Assembly (NCBI GenBank): GCA_964016885.1
Contig: OZ024742.1
Coordinates: 121,830,001 to 121,894,000 of the forward strand
Origin: Eledone cirrhosa
Taxonomy: Eukaryota
DNA length: 64,000 bases
Reading direction: 5' to 3'
The translations under genes were made by a program, and so were the position numbers. Of this stretch, positions 1-12,536 are shown one piece after another. Numbering within the stretch: the stretch's first letter is position 1; every line of letters begins with the position of its first letter. The notes beneath the pieces were generated by a model that saw only the letters and a list, made by a program, of their open reading frames with translations, did no database searches and was not told the DNA's origin.

Positions 1-990
1 ATTTTAAACAAGGACAACATTTCACAGTTAAACACAGCTTTACATGTGCATCTGAAAACCTTATCTATGTTTTGACATGCTCAGGTTGTCAAGAGCACTA
101 CATAGGACAGACAAAAAACTGCCTCCGTCAACGTATGCCCGTCCATAAATCACAAATTAAAATACAGGAATACAGAAAGATTGCATTTAGTGAACATATC
201 GCCAATTGCGTACTCAACCAACATCCAAACTTAAAAATTCTCGCCATTTACAAATTCATAGACAATGCTACTTTCATCCAACGTACCAATAAGTAAACAC
301 ATTTCATTAATACATTTCAACCACTACTCAATGCCCTAAAAGTCGGACCAATCTAAAACTGCAACACACCATCAAACTTTTACAAGAGTTACCTCCCTCA
401 CACCTTACCTAATCCTTTTTCTTAAATAAATTAAATATCACCCAGCAAGAATTGTTTCCCCCTGCATATTAACTCTCTAAAAAAAGAAATCATATCAAAC
501 CACAGTCCACCATTTGCCTCCTTAACGGAACCATGGTTCAACTAAGCACTTTTGCGATATTAACACATTTTGAACTGCTTAACTGCAATGACTCTGCTTG
601 TAATTAACATTATTTTTTCTTCCACATTGACGTTTTTTTTCCTTTTTCTTTTTTCTTTTCACTTCTTAAACCTTGTTTGTATATAACATTATTCTTTCTG
701 CACCTTCTGTTTAACATATGCGAGACCACACTAATACATTTCACTATCATTTGATAATGCATATAAATGCTGACACCGGTAATAGACAATAATTAAATAA
801 ATAAATAAATAAATAAATAAATGCCATTGTTAAATAATAAATAAATCAACTAATACCTTAACACTTCACACAAAGTAAAACATTTCGTTTTAATCATTTT
901 CTAACCCAGAAAAAAGAGAGAGAGAAACACAAAAGGAAAAACAAATATTTTTCTTCCTCATAATCGTCTCTTTCTCCCTGTTTTCATATG
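1..990 (+). mobile_element. Penelope-like element (Neptune-type) 3' portion: GIY-YIG end plus 3' UTR/pLTR
   Basis: ORF 72-296 has CSGCQEHYIGQTKNCLRQRM..H, a GIY-YIG motif similar to 32569-33084. The 3' UTR carries an HHR-like motif and ends at a (TA)n tract. Confidence 0.85.
744..785 (+). ncRNA. Minimal type-I hammerhead-like motif (U3:A8 core, GAAA>GACA variant)
   Basis: ctatcat-TTGATAA-tgcat ataa atgc t-GACA-ccggt-A-atag, with palindromic stem III ACCGGT. An inverted copy lies at 3447-3488. Confidence 0.55.
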
Positions 991-1029
991 TATATATATA
1001 TATCATTTGATAATGCATATAAATGCAAT

Positions 1030-3195
1030 ACTGATAAGAAAAAATCAAAATTTATTCAGTTCGATAAGAAAAAATCAAAATTTAAGAAAAAATCAAAATT
1101 TATTCAGTTCGATATTGATGAATATTATTCCTCAATTTCACCTGATACTCTACAGGAAGCTCTTTCGTTCGCTAAGGCTAATTCCGACCTTACGGATGCT
1201 GAAATTAATATTATTATGGAAGCGAGGAAAACTATTGTTAAATTTGATGATAGCTACTGGGTTCGCAAAGATAGACCTCCTAATTTTGATATTACTATGG
1301 GTTCCAATGATTCGGCGGAAGTAACTGATCTTGTGGGAATTTATATCAACCACAGACTACAAGGAAAATTCAAGGATCTCCACGGTGGAATCTACCGTGA
1401 GGATGCGCTCCTATTAGTTAAGCATATGAATAACCAGAATTTAGAAAGGATGCGTAAAAATATCAGAAAGCTTTTTAAGGAACTAATATTAAATATTACA
1501 TTTGAATATAACCTCAAAGAGGTTAATTTCCTTGATGTTACTTTGAATCTCAATACAGAAACGATTAAACCGTTCCATAAACTAAATGAGAACCTTAAAT
1601 ATGTAAATACGAGTTCTAACCATCTACCCTCTATAATTAAATCCATCCCTAGAAATATTTCCCTTAGAATCTCCCGCCTGTCGTCCAACCAGCAAACCTT
1701 CAAAGAACATGCCGAATATTATGATGATGCACTTAGGACGGCTGGACGCCTAGATAATATAGAGTATATAGTCGACGATCACCAAAACACACAAAATAAA
1801 TCTCATAGAGGTAGAAATAGCATAGAATCAGCACCATACATACACTACCGCAATAGACACACTAATAGTCGCATACCACCAAACAGAAGGCGATGTAAAG
1901 AGTATATATGGTACATCAGCTATAACATCACAAAACAACAAACAACATCTCGTCCTACCTAAGCAACCTCATCAACCCATCCATGCCAATACAACAACGC
2001 AAAATTATAACTGTAACTGTGTCCAACCAGGAATGTGTCCGTTGAACAATCAGTGTCTTGAACGCAACATCATATATAAATGTACTATCGAATCGGATAG
2101 CCAGAAGTGGTACTATGTGGGGTCTACAGCCAACTCCTTCAAATCTCGCCTTTATAGACATCGTTACTCGATAAAACATGAAAACCAGCGTTATGTAACA
2201 ACACTCGCAGACAAGGCTTGGCAGCTGCGCGAAAATAACCAACAATTTAACCTAAAATGGGATATAATAGCCACTGCCCCTCCATATCCCACGGACAGGA
2301 ATTTTGTAAATTGTGTAATATGGAATTATTTTGTATTATGAAATCCAAAAATATTTTATTAAATAACAGAATAGAGCGATCGTTATACTGTAACCATCGC
2401 TTGAAATCTACATTTTCATATTACAAACACTACCAGGATTGAACGCCTGTCTCCATCTCCGTTTGATTGTCAAAATACATATTAACATTCTCTATTAGTC
2501 TTAATTCTATCAACTCTTCTATTCTTTACCATTTAATATAAACTGCTATACATAAAATGAGATTTCTTAATTCAATTCCCTAATGCATATACCAGCAGTC
2601 TACCAGCATTGTTGTTATTCAGTAGCAGTGAAAATCTCCCTCTTCCTTAATTGACACTTTATAATTAATACTACTACACCAAACGACCAGCCCTGTCCAT
2701 TGTTCAATTGGTCAAGTATAGATTAAAATAGGCACTTCCCAAAATTCTTATTTAGATAAAATAAACCATATACTCATTGTATTCTCATTAGAAACCCTTT
2801 ATATACTTGTTTACCAGTAAATAGAATTGCCATCTGTCATATACTATCCCCTCTCTTCTTCCTTTATTACAACTAATATAAATACTTCAATTTTTCTGAT
2901 TTTTTTCAATTTATCCAATATCTCTGAAAAAGTGACAACTGATTATACATTTGCTATCGAATGCTTGCTAACATTATATGATTACGCAAGCAGCGATACA
3001 TAGGTATTCCGTCTGTTACAGAAACATATGTCAATACCTAATAAATTCCTTTTTAAAAAAAAGCACTTTCATTTTATATTCATCTTTTCTACATTTTCTC
3101 TGGAATATAATTTATACTCGTTGAGCAAACCTACACGTACGCTGTTCATCTCTAACGTGACGATATATTATCACTACATTATTGATAACCTGAAA
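1030..3195 (+). mobile_element. 5'-truncated Penelope-like element (RT + GIY-YIG), decayed
   Basis: ORF 988-1962 has FIQFDIDEYYSSI, FDITMGSNDSAEVTDLVG, GIYREDAL and VNFLDVTL. ORFs 2033-2442 have CPLNNQCL, YYVGSTANSFKSR and CKLCNME. Frameshifts are present. Confidence 0.9.
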
Positions 3196-3197
3196 TT

Positions 3198-3237
<40 letters not shown>

Positions 3238-3407
3238 CATATGAAAACAGGGAGAAAGAGACGATTATGAGGAAGAAAAATATTTGTTTTTCCTTTTTTG
3301 TTTCTCTCTCTCTTTTTTCTGGGTTAGAAAATGATTAAAACGAAATGTTTTACTTTGTGTGAAGTGTTAAGGTATTAGTTGATTTATTTATTATTTAACA
3401 ATGGCAT

Positions 3408-3439
<32 letters not shown>

Positions 3440-4111
3440 TTATTGTCTATTACCGGTGTCAGCATTTATATGCATTATCAAATGATAGTGAAATGTATTA
3501 GTGTGGTCTCGCATATGTTAAACAGAAGGTGCAGAAAGAATAATGTTATATACAAACAAGGTTTAAGAAGTGAAAAGAAAAAAGAAAAAGGAAAAAAAAC
3601 GTCAATGTGGAAGAAAAAATAATGTTAATTACAAGCAGAGTCATTGCAGTTAAGCAGTTCAAAATGTGTTAATATCGCAAAAGTGCTTAGTTGAACCATG
3701 GTTCCGTTAAGGAGGCAAATGGTGGACTGTGGTTTGATATGATTTCTTTTTTTAGAGAGTTAATATGCAGGGGGAAACAATTCTTGCTGGGTGATATTTA
3801 ATTTATTTAAGAAAAAGGATTAGGTAAGGTGTGAGGGAGGTAACTCTTGTAAAAGTTTGATGGTGTGTTGCAGTTTTAGATTGGTCCGACTTTTAGGGCA
3901 TTGAGTAGTGGTTGAAATGTATTAATGAAATGTGTTTACTTATTGGTACGTTGGATGAAAGTAGCATTGTCTATGAATTTGTAAATGGCGAGAATTTTTA
4001 AGTTTGGATGTTGGTTGAGTACGCAATTGGCGATATGTTCACTAAATGCAATCTTTCTGTATTCCTGTATTTTAATTTGTGATTTATGGACGGGCATACG
4101 TTGACGGAGGC
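3238..4111 (-). mobile_element. Inverted copy of the PLE 3' end at 121-990
   Basis: Near-identical reverse complement of 121-990, with the same peptide LRQRMPVHKSQIKIQEYRK. Confidence 0.9.
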
Positions 4112-4526
4112 TGGCCATGTGCTAAAAGTAGAAACAATTATATATATTTGTCTATAAATATTTGTCTGTATAAATATAAACCGACAAACACCGATAAACT
4201 CTCACAAATACACACGCGTACACACATACAGGCATACACTCACAAAAATGAACAAATATGCATTGACACACATATGCACATACACTCAGACAAACACACA
4301 CACACGCACGCAGAGCGTGGAAAAATTTGGAAGTCATTTGGCTGTTCTTGCCATAGTTTTTTCACCACCCTCTTCCTCTCTTTTACACATACATACACAC
4401 ATATACTTACACAAAGCTTTGTGCAAAAGTTGAAACGCTGTTCGATTTTTTTTCGTCGTAGAGTTTTCACCATCCTCTTTCATGTGGACTGACACATGGA
4501 CGGACGACATTCGACTGTTATATAGA

Positions 4527-4713
4527 TAATTATTTCTACTTTTGGCACAAGGCCAGCAATTACCCAGTGTATTACTAGTACTTTATTTTATCGACCCCGT
4601 AAGGATGAAAGGCAAAGTTAACTTTGGCGGGATTTGAACTCAGAATGGCAAGGGCCGTAACTCTATGCCTCAAAGCATGGCGTCCGACCCTCTACCGATA
4701 CTGCCAATCCACG
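4527..4713 (-). mobile_element. tRNA-derived SINE with 18-bp TSD
   Basis: Matches the copies at 9533, 14537, 53963 and 57658, including the B-box-like GAGTTCAAATCCC. TSD gactgttatatagataat at 4513-4530 and 4714-4731. Confidence 0.9.
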
Positions 4714-4829
4714 GACTGTTATATAGATAATATCCACAAAATACTTATGAGAAATCGGATTAGATTTCGAACAGTTAATGTCAAGCTCTGTACAAAATTA
4801 GATTTATATGCTCCCACGTCATGAGATGC

Positions 4830-5170
4830 ATGATGCAGCCAATATGCTCCAATGACCACGGTCAGTTGTATCTATCAATACATCGTTCCAAAAGCTTTTG
4901 ACGAGATTCAGGTCTCTGTTGATTGTCTGCCGCCAGTTCATCTTGAGATGTCCTCTTCACCTCTTTCTGTGGTGGTCCGAATACCTGGTAGTTATGTGAT
5001 GTGTCCCAGCCGGCCAGGTCGACGCTTGCACATGATGTTACTGAGTAGTTACCATCGCGTAGAACCATAAACACATGCCTTTAGATGACCAATATATTTG
5101 TGAAATGGATGTAGCATATATGAAGAAAGTATTGTATCTAGCTCAATGGAGAAATTGACGACAGTAGAAG
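4830..5170 (-). mobile_element. RTE-type LINE 3' relic
   Basis: Minus frames give KRRPGRLGHI and RKR*RGHLKMNWRQTINRDL, resembling the RTE C-terminus. Confidence 0.5.
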
Positions 5171-5289
5171 CTACGACCTACGTGAGAAAGCAGTAGACCA
5201 TTACTGATAAATCTAATGAAAACCATATGCAGAATTCCTGCCATACGTTACAGCCTACAAATATTGCCAATGGAGAACCATCTGAGAAA

Positions 5290-5725
5290 TTACACCACAT
5301 TTTATGAGAATGACCCACATTAATCTCGACAAAATATACTCTGAGAATCAGTGACGTAGCAAAGATGTTTACATACACATAGTGGTCATATTTCATCTGT
5401 TTCAAGAAAAGCTCTCTATGTAAATATGAAATACAACATCTTTGTCCATGATAAAAATGTCAATATCCGATTAATTACCCATATAACAATATTGAGTTAT
5501 TTTAATATTCCCGAGGAGCGAGATAAAAATCTAAGAAAGTATACCGGCTTAGCTCTTGCATCTGAAACTCTATGGAAGTTAAGGAATGTTTTCATCCTTC
5601 TATTTGTAGTTGTTTCAATTGAAACTTTACACAGTTTTAGTAAGGGCATTGATAAATTAGCTATATCAATTGTTGGACCTCCTTCGGTTTCGACGACGAA
5701 GGTTCCAGTTGTTCGATCAATCTAA
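5290..5725 (+). mobile_element. R4/Dong-like REL endonuclease relic
   Basis: ERDKNLRKYTGLALASETLWKLRNVFILLFVV resembles the EK..KY..LA....LW....V.IIP end of the REL domain. Confidence 0.5.
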
Positions 5726-5729
5726 CATG

Positions 5730-5960
5730 CAAGCAGCTTAGTAGTCCACTGACATGCGACCCCTTAACATAGTTCTCAGGGAAATTCAGTATGTGACCTT
5801 TTGAATTACTGGTACAACTCATTTTTGTCAAATTGAGTGACTGCGGCAACGTGAAATAAATATCTTGCTCAATGACACAACATTCCCCCCAGTCGGGTAA
5901 TCGAAGTCATCAGCCCACGATCGTCATTTCAGCACTCCAACCACAAAGTCACATGTCTTT
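5730..5960 (-). mobile_element. Degenerate second SINE family copy
   Basis: gtgaaataaatatcttgctcaatgacacaac...gggtaatcgaa looks like an antisense tRNA-SINE core. A similar stretch lies near 58090-58200. Confidence 0.4.
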
Positions 5961-6287
5961 ACTCTTATAATATTATATCAGTAAATTTCACAGATACTAG
6001 GATTTGTAATCATTGTTAGGGAATTCAATTATCACACAGCATTTGGTAACCATAAACATGTTTATTAACATTAAACATATATATAACAAAACCCACATGG
6101 CCCATGTTCTAACATGAATTAACTAATGCCAAAAATATCAAAACAAATCTCAGAAAAAAGCAAAGATAATCTTTCATACAAATACAATTCTACTCCCAAC
6201 AAATGCAATATTGTGCACGTCACGGGGAAATAAAAATGCATCTGGTAGGTTAGTAAAACTCACATAAAACTGTGGTAAACGTGATAG

Positions 6288-6625
6288 TAATTGTTTCTAC
6301 TTTTGGCACAAGGCCAGCAATTATCCCAGTGCATTACTGGTGCCTTATTTTATCGACCCTGTAAGGATTAAAGGCAAAGTTAACCTCGGCGGGATTTGAA
6401 AACCTGATAATAATGGTTTCTGATTAAGGCACAAAACCAACAATTCTGGGGGAGGAGAAAGTCGGTTAAATCAACCCCAGTGTGGTACTAGTACTTTATC
6501 TATCTTCCCCATAATGAGGAAAAGTAGAGCTAGCCTCGGAAAGATTTGAACTCTTAAAGTAAAAGGTCCATAACTATATGCCGTGAATCATATTATCCGA
6601 CGCTCTACCGATACTGCCAATCCCA
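6288..6625 (-). mobile_element. Two adjacent SINE copies (one 5'-truncated, one divergent)
   Basis: 6288-6400 is the 3' half of the SINE. 6412-6625 is a related subfamily ending ctctaccgatactgccaat. Confidence 0.75.
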
Positions 6626-7206
6626 CACCCTAATTATGATAACCGAGATAACATTAGTAGCTGAAAATATGAGCTATAACTGTATTAATATTGGTAAATA
6701 TATGGCTATTGTATATAAATTTCAAAATTATAATGCCTTATTAAAACAAAAGTGATTTGCAATATGTATATCTAATATAGTTGATAACTATATTTTTCTG
6801 AAGTATACTAATATCTGTATTCTAATGCGCAATTCCATTATTTCTTTTTGATATATGAGATAAAATATAATTTACATATGATATGGCGATAATGTAACCC
6901 TTTAATTGAAGATGTCGTCAATACTGAATTTCCGAAATAAAGAAGAGAGAAGGAAGTAATCAATACACGATTCTGATTGTTATGCTATTGTTTAAACATT
7001 GAATATTCAGCTCTAAAACAATATTATTTTTCGAGTTGAGCGAGACACTTAAATATTAATATACGTAGCTAAAGAGTTACTATGCAAAAATGTTTCGTAT
7101 TTCTAACCTATATTATCTGTGAAATATTATCCTACATTAAAATAAAAAATGTGTACTTGACTAAATGTTTAGTATATATAAGTATAATTAATGAATAATA
7201 TAACGT

Positions 7207-7340
7207 GGCGGATAGGCTGCGAATTGGCAAAGTCGTTAAAGGTTTCGGATCTCTACTCTCGGAGTTCGAATCCTGCAGAGGTTAACTTTGCCTTTCATTC
7301 GTTCAAGGTGGGTAAGTACCAATTTAGTACTGGGTCGATT
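7207..7340 (+). mobile_element. Degenerate SINE
   Basis: gagttcgaatcctgcagaggttaactttgcctttcat matches the SINE consensus. Confidence 0.65.
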
Positions 7341-9127
7341 CCTCTATATCACTAACATGCTTTCCCTCACTCTCTATTCTTCTCTGGAAAAATTTGCTAT
7401 ATTCAGACCTGGAGAGGAAATGGGCTCCGACTGGCTTTAAAATGGCCTAGAAACATGTATGTCAATAAAACGCTTTCACAATTGTCTTGTGAGTTACAGG
7501 ATCTTACAAATATAACATGGTGGGATGGAAAAGATGGCAGAGAGCAGACGAGTGGCGTTTCAGTATAAAGTACAACACTCAAATTTTGAGTTCAATGTGG
7601 GATGAAATACTCGGCTAGAATCGATCGATTTCACCCCTTCTTTCTCAATAGGTGAATTATTGTGCTAAAATTAGAAATCAATATTTGAATAAATGTAATT
7701 TGGGGATCTTCTTCTACCTGCGATATAGTAAATACTTCTTCCGAAAGTTGTAGGAAACCTATCTCTGGTCGCTTTGTTTTCCCTTTTCTTGTGCAACGTT
7801 TAAATTCCAGTGAAAATTACGATTGTGATTCAGTCTTACAACTGCTGTCTATTGCTATTTATCTGTAATATGAAATTCTTCAGTTCATATTTTCAGAGAT
7901 TAAATTCGATAACGACTTGAATGCAAATAATCTAGATATAGAGTTTTTGAATTCTCAAACTTCCGATTATTTTCTCGTTCCTCCTTTGTCCTCCACAAAT
8001 GCTTTAAATTATAAGACATAATTAACGTGGTTGAGATGAATGATTTTCATTGCACAGGAAAAGAAATGCTTTTACATTTTTATCAAAAGTTACAATAATG
8101 TCTTCATCGCAGCATCATTCTAAATTTCTATTTGGAGACATCTTTTCGTTAATATCTAATAAATACAAGGAAATGAATAAAATAAGGATATGTGAAGGAA
8201 ATTATTACATGAAAAAGCTTTTGAAAAAATTGTCTTAATTAATCAGACGGAGATGATTCCGCCGTTCTACTTCTTTCATAACGCATAGAGCTTCATTCAA
8301 AGGATTTCTGAAAATGCTAATATCCAATCTCCTCCACGATATTGTAGTGCTGTGTGTTGAGTAACTGCCTAGCTAATTGGCCAATTTAGATTTCATATAT
8401 TAATAGTACTACTCTGTAAGTTGCCGACGTCAAATCACGTTATTGAAGATAAAGAAAAAAAAAAACAAAACGAATATTATGTAATTATAGAGAAGAATGA
8501 CTGAAAATATAGAAAATAATTCCATAATATATTTATAAGAAACTTAATCATTAGCTGGCAGTGTACGTTGAATAAAGACAGCAGCTATTAGCACAATATA
8601 ACTAATTCAATGTGAACAAAATAAGGTTTCCGTTGTTGTTCTAAGACATATTAATTTATTTCTAATATTTGTCTCATTCAAATGCTTCCACATGCATGTT
8701 TTTATACATTGACGAAATTAGATAAATTATTGACCTCATATGATCATTAACGTTAAATTCGTGTCATTGATTTTCAACATTTATAAACATGTGGCATGTT
8801 TTATTACTTCCAATTCTTCTTGTTTGAGCGTTTAAATAAACTATTGAAAATATCACGAAATCTTTTGCTTTTAAAGTATATTTGTGTATCAATTTAGATT
8901 ATATGTTGTAAATAACTCAAGTTAAATGATTTATTTACTTTTGCACTATAAAACTAATTACTTTGACTAGTTGCAGAGTTAACATTTCGCGGAGGAAGTG
9001 TATGCTTAAGTGAATTTATACAGTTTGAATCCAGGGTGCTATGACATTGTAACTAATGAATACCTTGCATGATATGTGGTTGGGTATGAAACTAACATCT
9101 ATATTTGTAATATATTTTGTTTTTGAG

Positions 9128-9350
9128 CGTAGTGGATTGCCAGAAATTAATAGAGCGTTGGATAAAATTCCGTTGCCGTATACGTTCTAATTATTTACAT
9201 TTTGAGTTCAAATCCCATCAAGGTCAATTTTGTCTTACATCCTTCTGGGGTCGCTGAACATGAATACTAAGTCAAGTACTGGGGTTGATTTAATAAAATG
9301 CGCCCTTTCTTCAAAACTGCTGCCCTTGTGCTTGAATTAGAACTCAATAT
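9128..9350 (+). mobile_element. Degenerate SINE
   Basis: gtggattgcc...gagttcaaatccc..aggtcaattttg...ttgtgcttgaattagaa. Confidence 0.65.
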
Positions 9351-9532
9351 ATTCTAAATAAATTTTAATAGTTTTTCAAGTTTGTAAAAGTTAACAACAG
9401 TTTTATTTTAAAATATTCCTTTATATGAATCAGTTTATTAAAACAAATCTGCACTAAGTATGATATCCTCCATTATTGTATATATATATCGTATATATTG
9501 TATATATATATCGTATATATTGTATATATATA

Positions 9533-9725
9533 GGCGGTGGATTGGCAGTATTGGTAGAGTGTCGGATGCCATGCTTTGGCGCATAGAGTTACGGCCCTTG
9601 CCATTCTGAGTTCAAATCCCGCCGAGGTTAACTTTGCCTTTCATCCTTACGGGGTCGATAAAATAAAGTACCAGTAATACACTGGGTAATTGCTGGCCTT
9701 GTGTCTAACGTAGAAACAATTATTG
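9533..9725 (+). mobile_element. tRNA-derived SINE, full length
   Basis: ggcggtggattggcagtattggtagag...gagttcaaatcccgccgagg...gtagaaacaattat. Confidence 0.9.
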
Positions 9726-10306
9726 TATATATATATCTTATAGAATAAGGTTTAGTTAAAACACACAAAAATAAAGGGAGACAACCCACCAAAAACAACT
9801 TCAATGGAAATATTTCCAGCTCTCGCACTTCTAGTAATTGTTATGATATGCAGCGACAGCTTCACATAAACAACTATGATATGGATTCAAAACGGCTTTT
9901 CCTGAAAGTCATTAAAAACATTTTTGCCATTAACGAATGCACGCTTAACATAGTAAAATGTATCCCTTCAAGAATAAACTTTACTGGAAAAGTTATAAAA
10001 CGTTTATTTCCAAATACGTCTAAGTGTTTATGGTGACATCCATATTAACAATATTAATACGCCATGTGTACATATATTTATAGATATGTCTCTTAAATTT
10101 ACACTCACATGCAGACAAACACAGAGAGCATTTCTTTTACCAGTCATGTTGATACTATAAGAATTTCGCTTTGCAATCACGGGTCTTAGTTTCTAACCGT
10201 ACACTCGTCTTTGTAAATAGTTATTTCTACTCTTTCATTTAATCCTTTATATCATTTGTATATATATATATATATCGTTATGTAATAAACAACATAAGAT
10301 AATTAT

Positions 10307-10364
10307 TTCATTTACCAGTGGTTTCTTGAAACCCAAAAAATCTACTTTCAGTCGTCAGAATGAA
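10307..10364 (-). ncRNA. Type-I hammerhead ribozyme motif
   Basis: Minus strand ttcatt-CTGACGA-ctgaaag..gtttcaa-GAAA-ccactggt-A-aatgaa, with GUA cleavage triplet and stem I ttcatt/aatgaa. Confidence 0.75.
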
Positions 10365-10470
10365 AAAATCCTGGTGTTTTTATTGAATGTGGATTTGAAA
10401 ACAAAAATATAAGAAATATGAAAGTGAGGCTGAGAGAAGAAGAAAAAAAAGATTATAAATATATAATTAT

Positions 10471-10610
<140 letters not shown>

Positions 10611-10634
10611 CATATATATATACATATATATAAC

Positions 10635-10667
<33 letters not shown>

Positions 10668-10956
10668 AACATACATATATATATATACATATATATATAT
10701 AAACATACATACACATACACATAAATAGACAAACACACACACACACACGGTCTTCAAAATGCTTTTAATTAAGCATAAAGTGTATTGCAAAATACATTAT
10801 ATATACATCCATATATATATTTCTATTTCAGAGCTCCAATTCTAATTTTTAATTTCTGCCTGACCAACAACCGCTCTGCATACTCAGCTACTGATTATTT
10901 ACTAGACTTCTATAAGAATATAACATCAATGATCTCAGCAGACAGGTGGGGTAGTT

Positions 10957-11000
10957 GGCCTTGATAAGCTTCAACCAAAGCGAAACAAGTCTTGTCGGCT
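10957..11000 (+). ncRNA. Type-I hammerhead ribozyme (U3:A8 core)
   Basis: ggcc-TTGATAA-gctt caacca aagc-GAAA-caagtcttgt-C-ggct. Stem I is extended by gatctcagcagacagg/cctgtttgctgagatc (10931-11023). Confidence 0.8.
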
Positions 11001-11272
11001 TATCTCCCCTGTTTGCTGAGATCAAAGTGAGTGAATTCGTCACTACTTTAAAACAATAGCTTACGGTCTTCAAAATGCTTTTAATTAAGCATAAAGTGTA
11101 TTGCAAAATACATTATATATACATCCATATATATATTGCTATTTCAGAGTTCCAATTCTAATTTTTAATTTCTGCCTGACCAACAACCGCTCTGCATAAT
11201 CAGCTCCTGATTATTTACTAGACTTCTATAAGAATATAACATCAATGATCTCAGCAGACAGGTGGGGTAGTT

Positions 11273-11316
11273 GGCCTTGATAAGCTTCAACCAAAGCGAA
11301 ACAAGTCTTGTCGGCT
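11273..11316 (+). ncRNA. Type-I hammerhead ribozyme (second tandem copy)
   Basis: Identical core to 10957-11000, 316 bp downstream. Confidence 0.8.
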
Positions 11317-11440
11317 TATCTCCCCTGCTTGCTGAGATCAAAGTGAGTGAATTTGTCACTACTTTAAAACAATAGCTTACGGTCTTCAAAATGCTTTTAA
11401 TTAAGCATAAAGTGTATTCCAAAATACATTATATATACAT

Positions 11441-11513
<73 letters not shown>

Positions 11514-11807
11514 CATATATATATATATATATACACACACACACGTAATTATAAAAATAAGTAAAGATAAATAAACAAACATACACACACTCGACTTACT
11601 AAAATAAGCAGTCACAACAGCTGGCCAAGATAAATCCATATACATGAAATCAAAATAATAAATAAATAAAAGTAAAAAATAAAGTCAAATATAAAAATAA
11701 AAATAAATTAAAAAATTAGCAAGTTGACAGCGATACAAAAGAAGAAAAAACACAAATAAAAATAAATAAACAAACACACGTGGTAAGCAAATGCAAAATA
11801 AATAAAA

Positions 11808-11872
<65 letters not shown>

Positions 11873-12247
11873 CACACATATACATACACATACACATACA
11901 TAGAAATATACACACACATATATATACAGTACAAACATATACACAGTTAAATATATACATACAAACATATACACACACACACACATACACACACACATAT
12001 ATATATATATACACACACATATACATACTCACAAGCATAGACACACATACGCACGCATATACTCGCAACCACGCGTATAGGTACATATACACAAATGTAA
12101 GTGTATATATATATATCAAAAAGTATAAATACATTCACACACACACGTATACATGAGAAAAAAAACATACAACCACATACACACATATATATAAATAATT
12201 ACTTATATATAAAAATATACCCATACACACACATACGTACATGTACA

Positions 12248-12323
<76 letters not shown>

Positions 12324-12329
12324 AGTGGA

Positions 12330-12450
12330 AGGGGTATTCAATTAGTTGGAAATCCGACAAATATAAAAAAAATATAAATGTTTATAACTGATTTAGAGCA
12401 CTGAACAGTCCTGGATCAAATATTCAATGATATTAAATATTTAATGTCTT

Positions 12451-12536
<86 letters not shown>

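Larger units (their letters stand above)
10748..11445 (+). mobile_element. Tandem 316-bp hammerhead-containing repeat (retrozyme-like), about 2.2 units
   Basis: cggtcttcaaaatgc recurs at 10748, 11064 and 11380. There is one HHR per full unit, and the array is flanked by (CA)n and (TA)n. Confidence 0.85.

Noticed and set aside
7715-7870. Possible minus-strand exon (tacag...gcag|gtag)
   Set aside because: No recognisable product, and such signals are common by chance.
9533-9625. SINE heads as tRNA genes
   Set aside because: A/B-box-like motifs are present but there is no cloverleaf, and each is fused to the SINE body, often with TSDs.
10748-11445. Tandem palindromic repeats as a CRISPR array
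   Set aside because: There are no unique spacers or cas genes; the units are whole 316-bp duplicates in a eukaryotic context.
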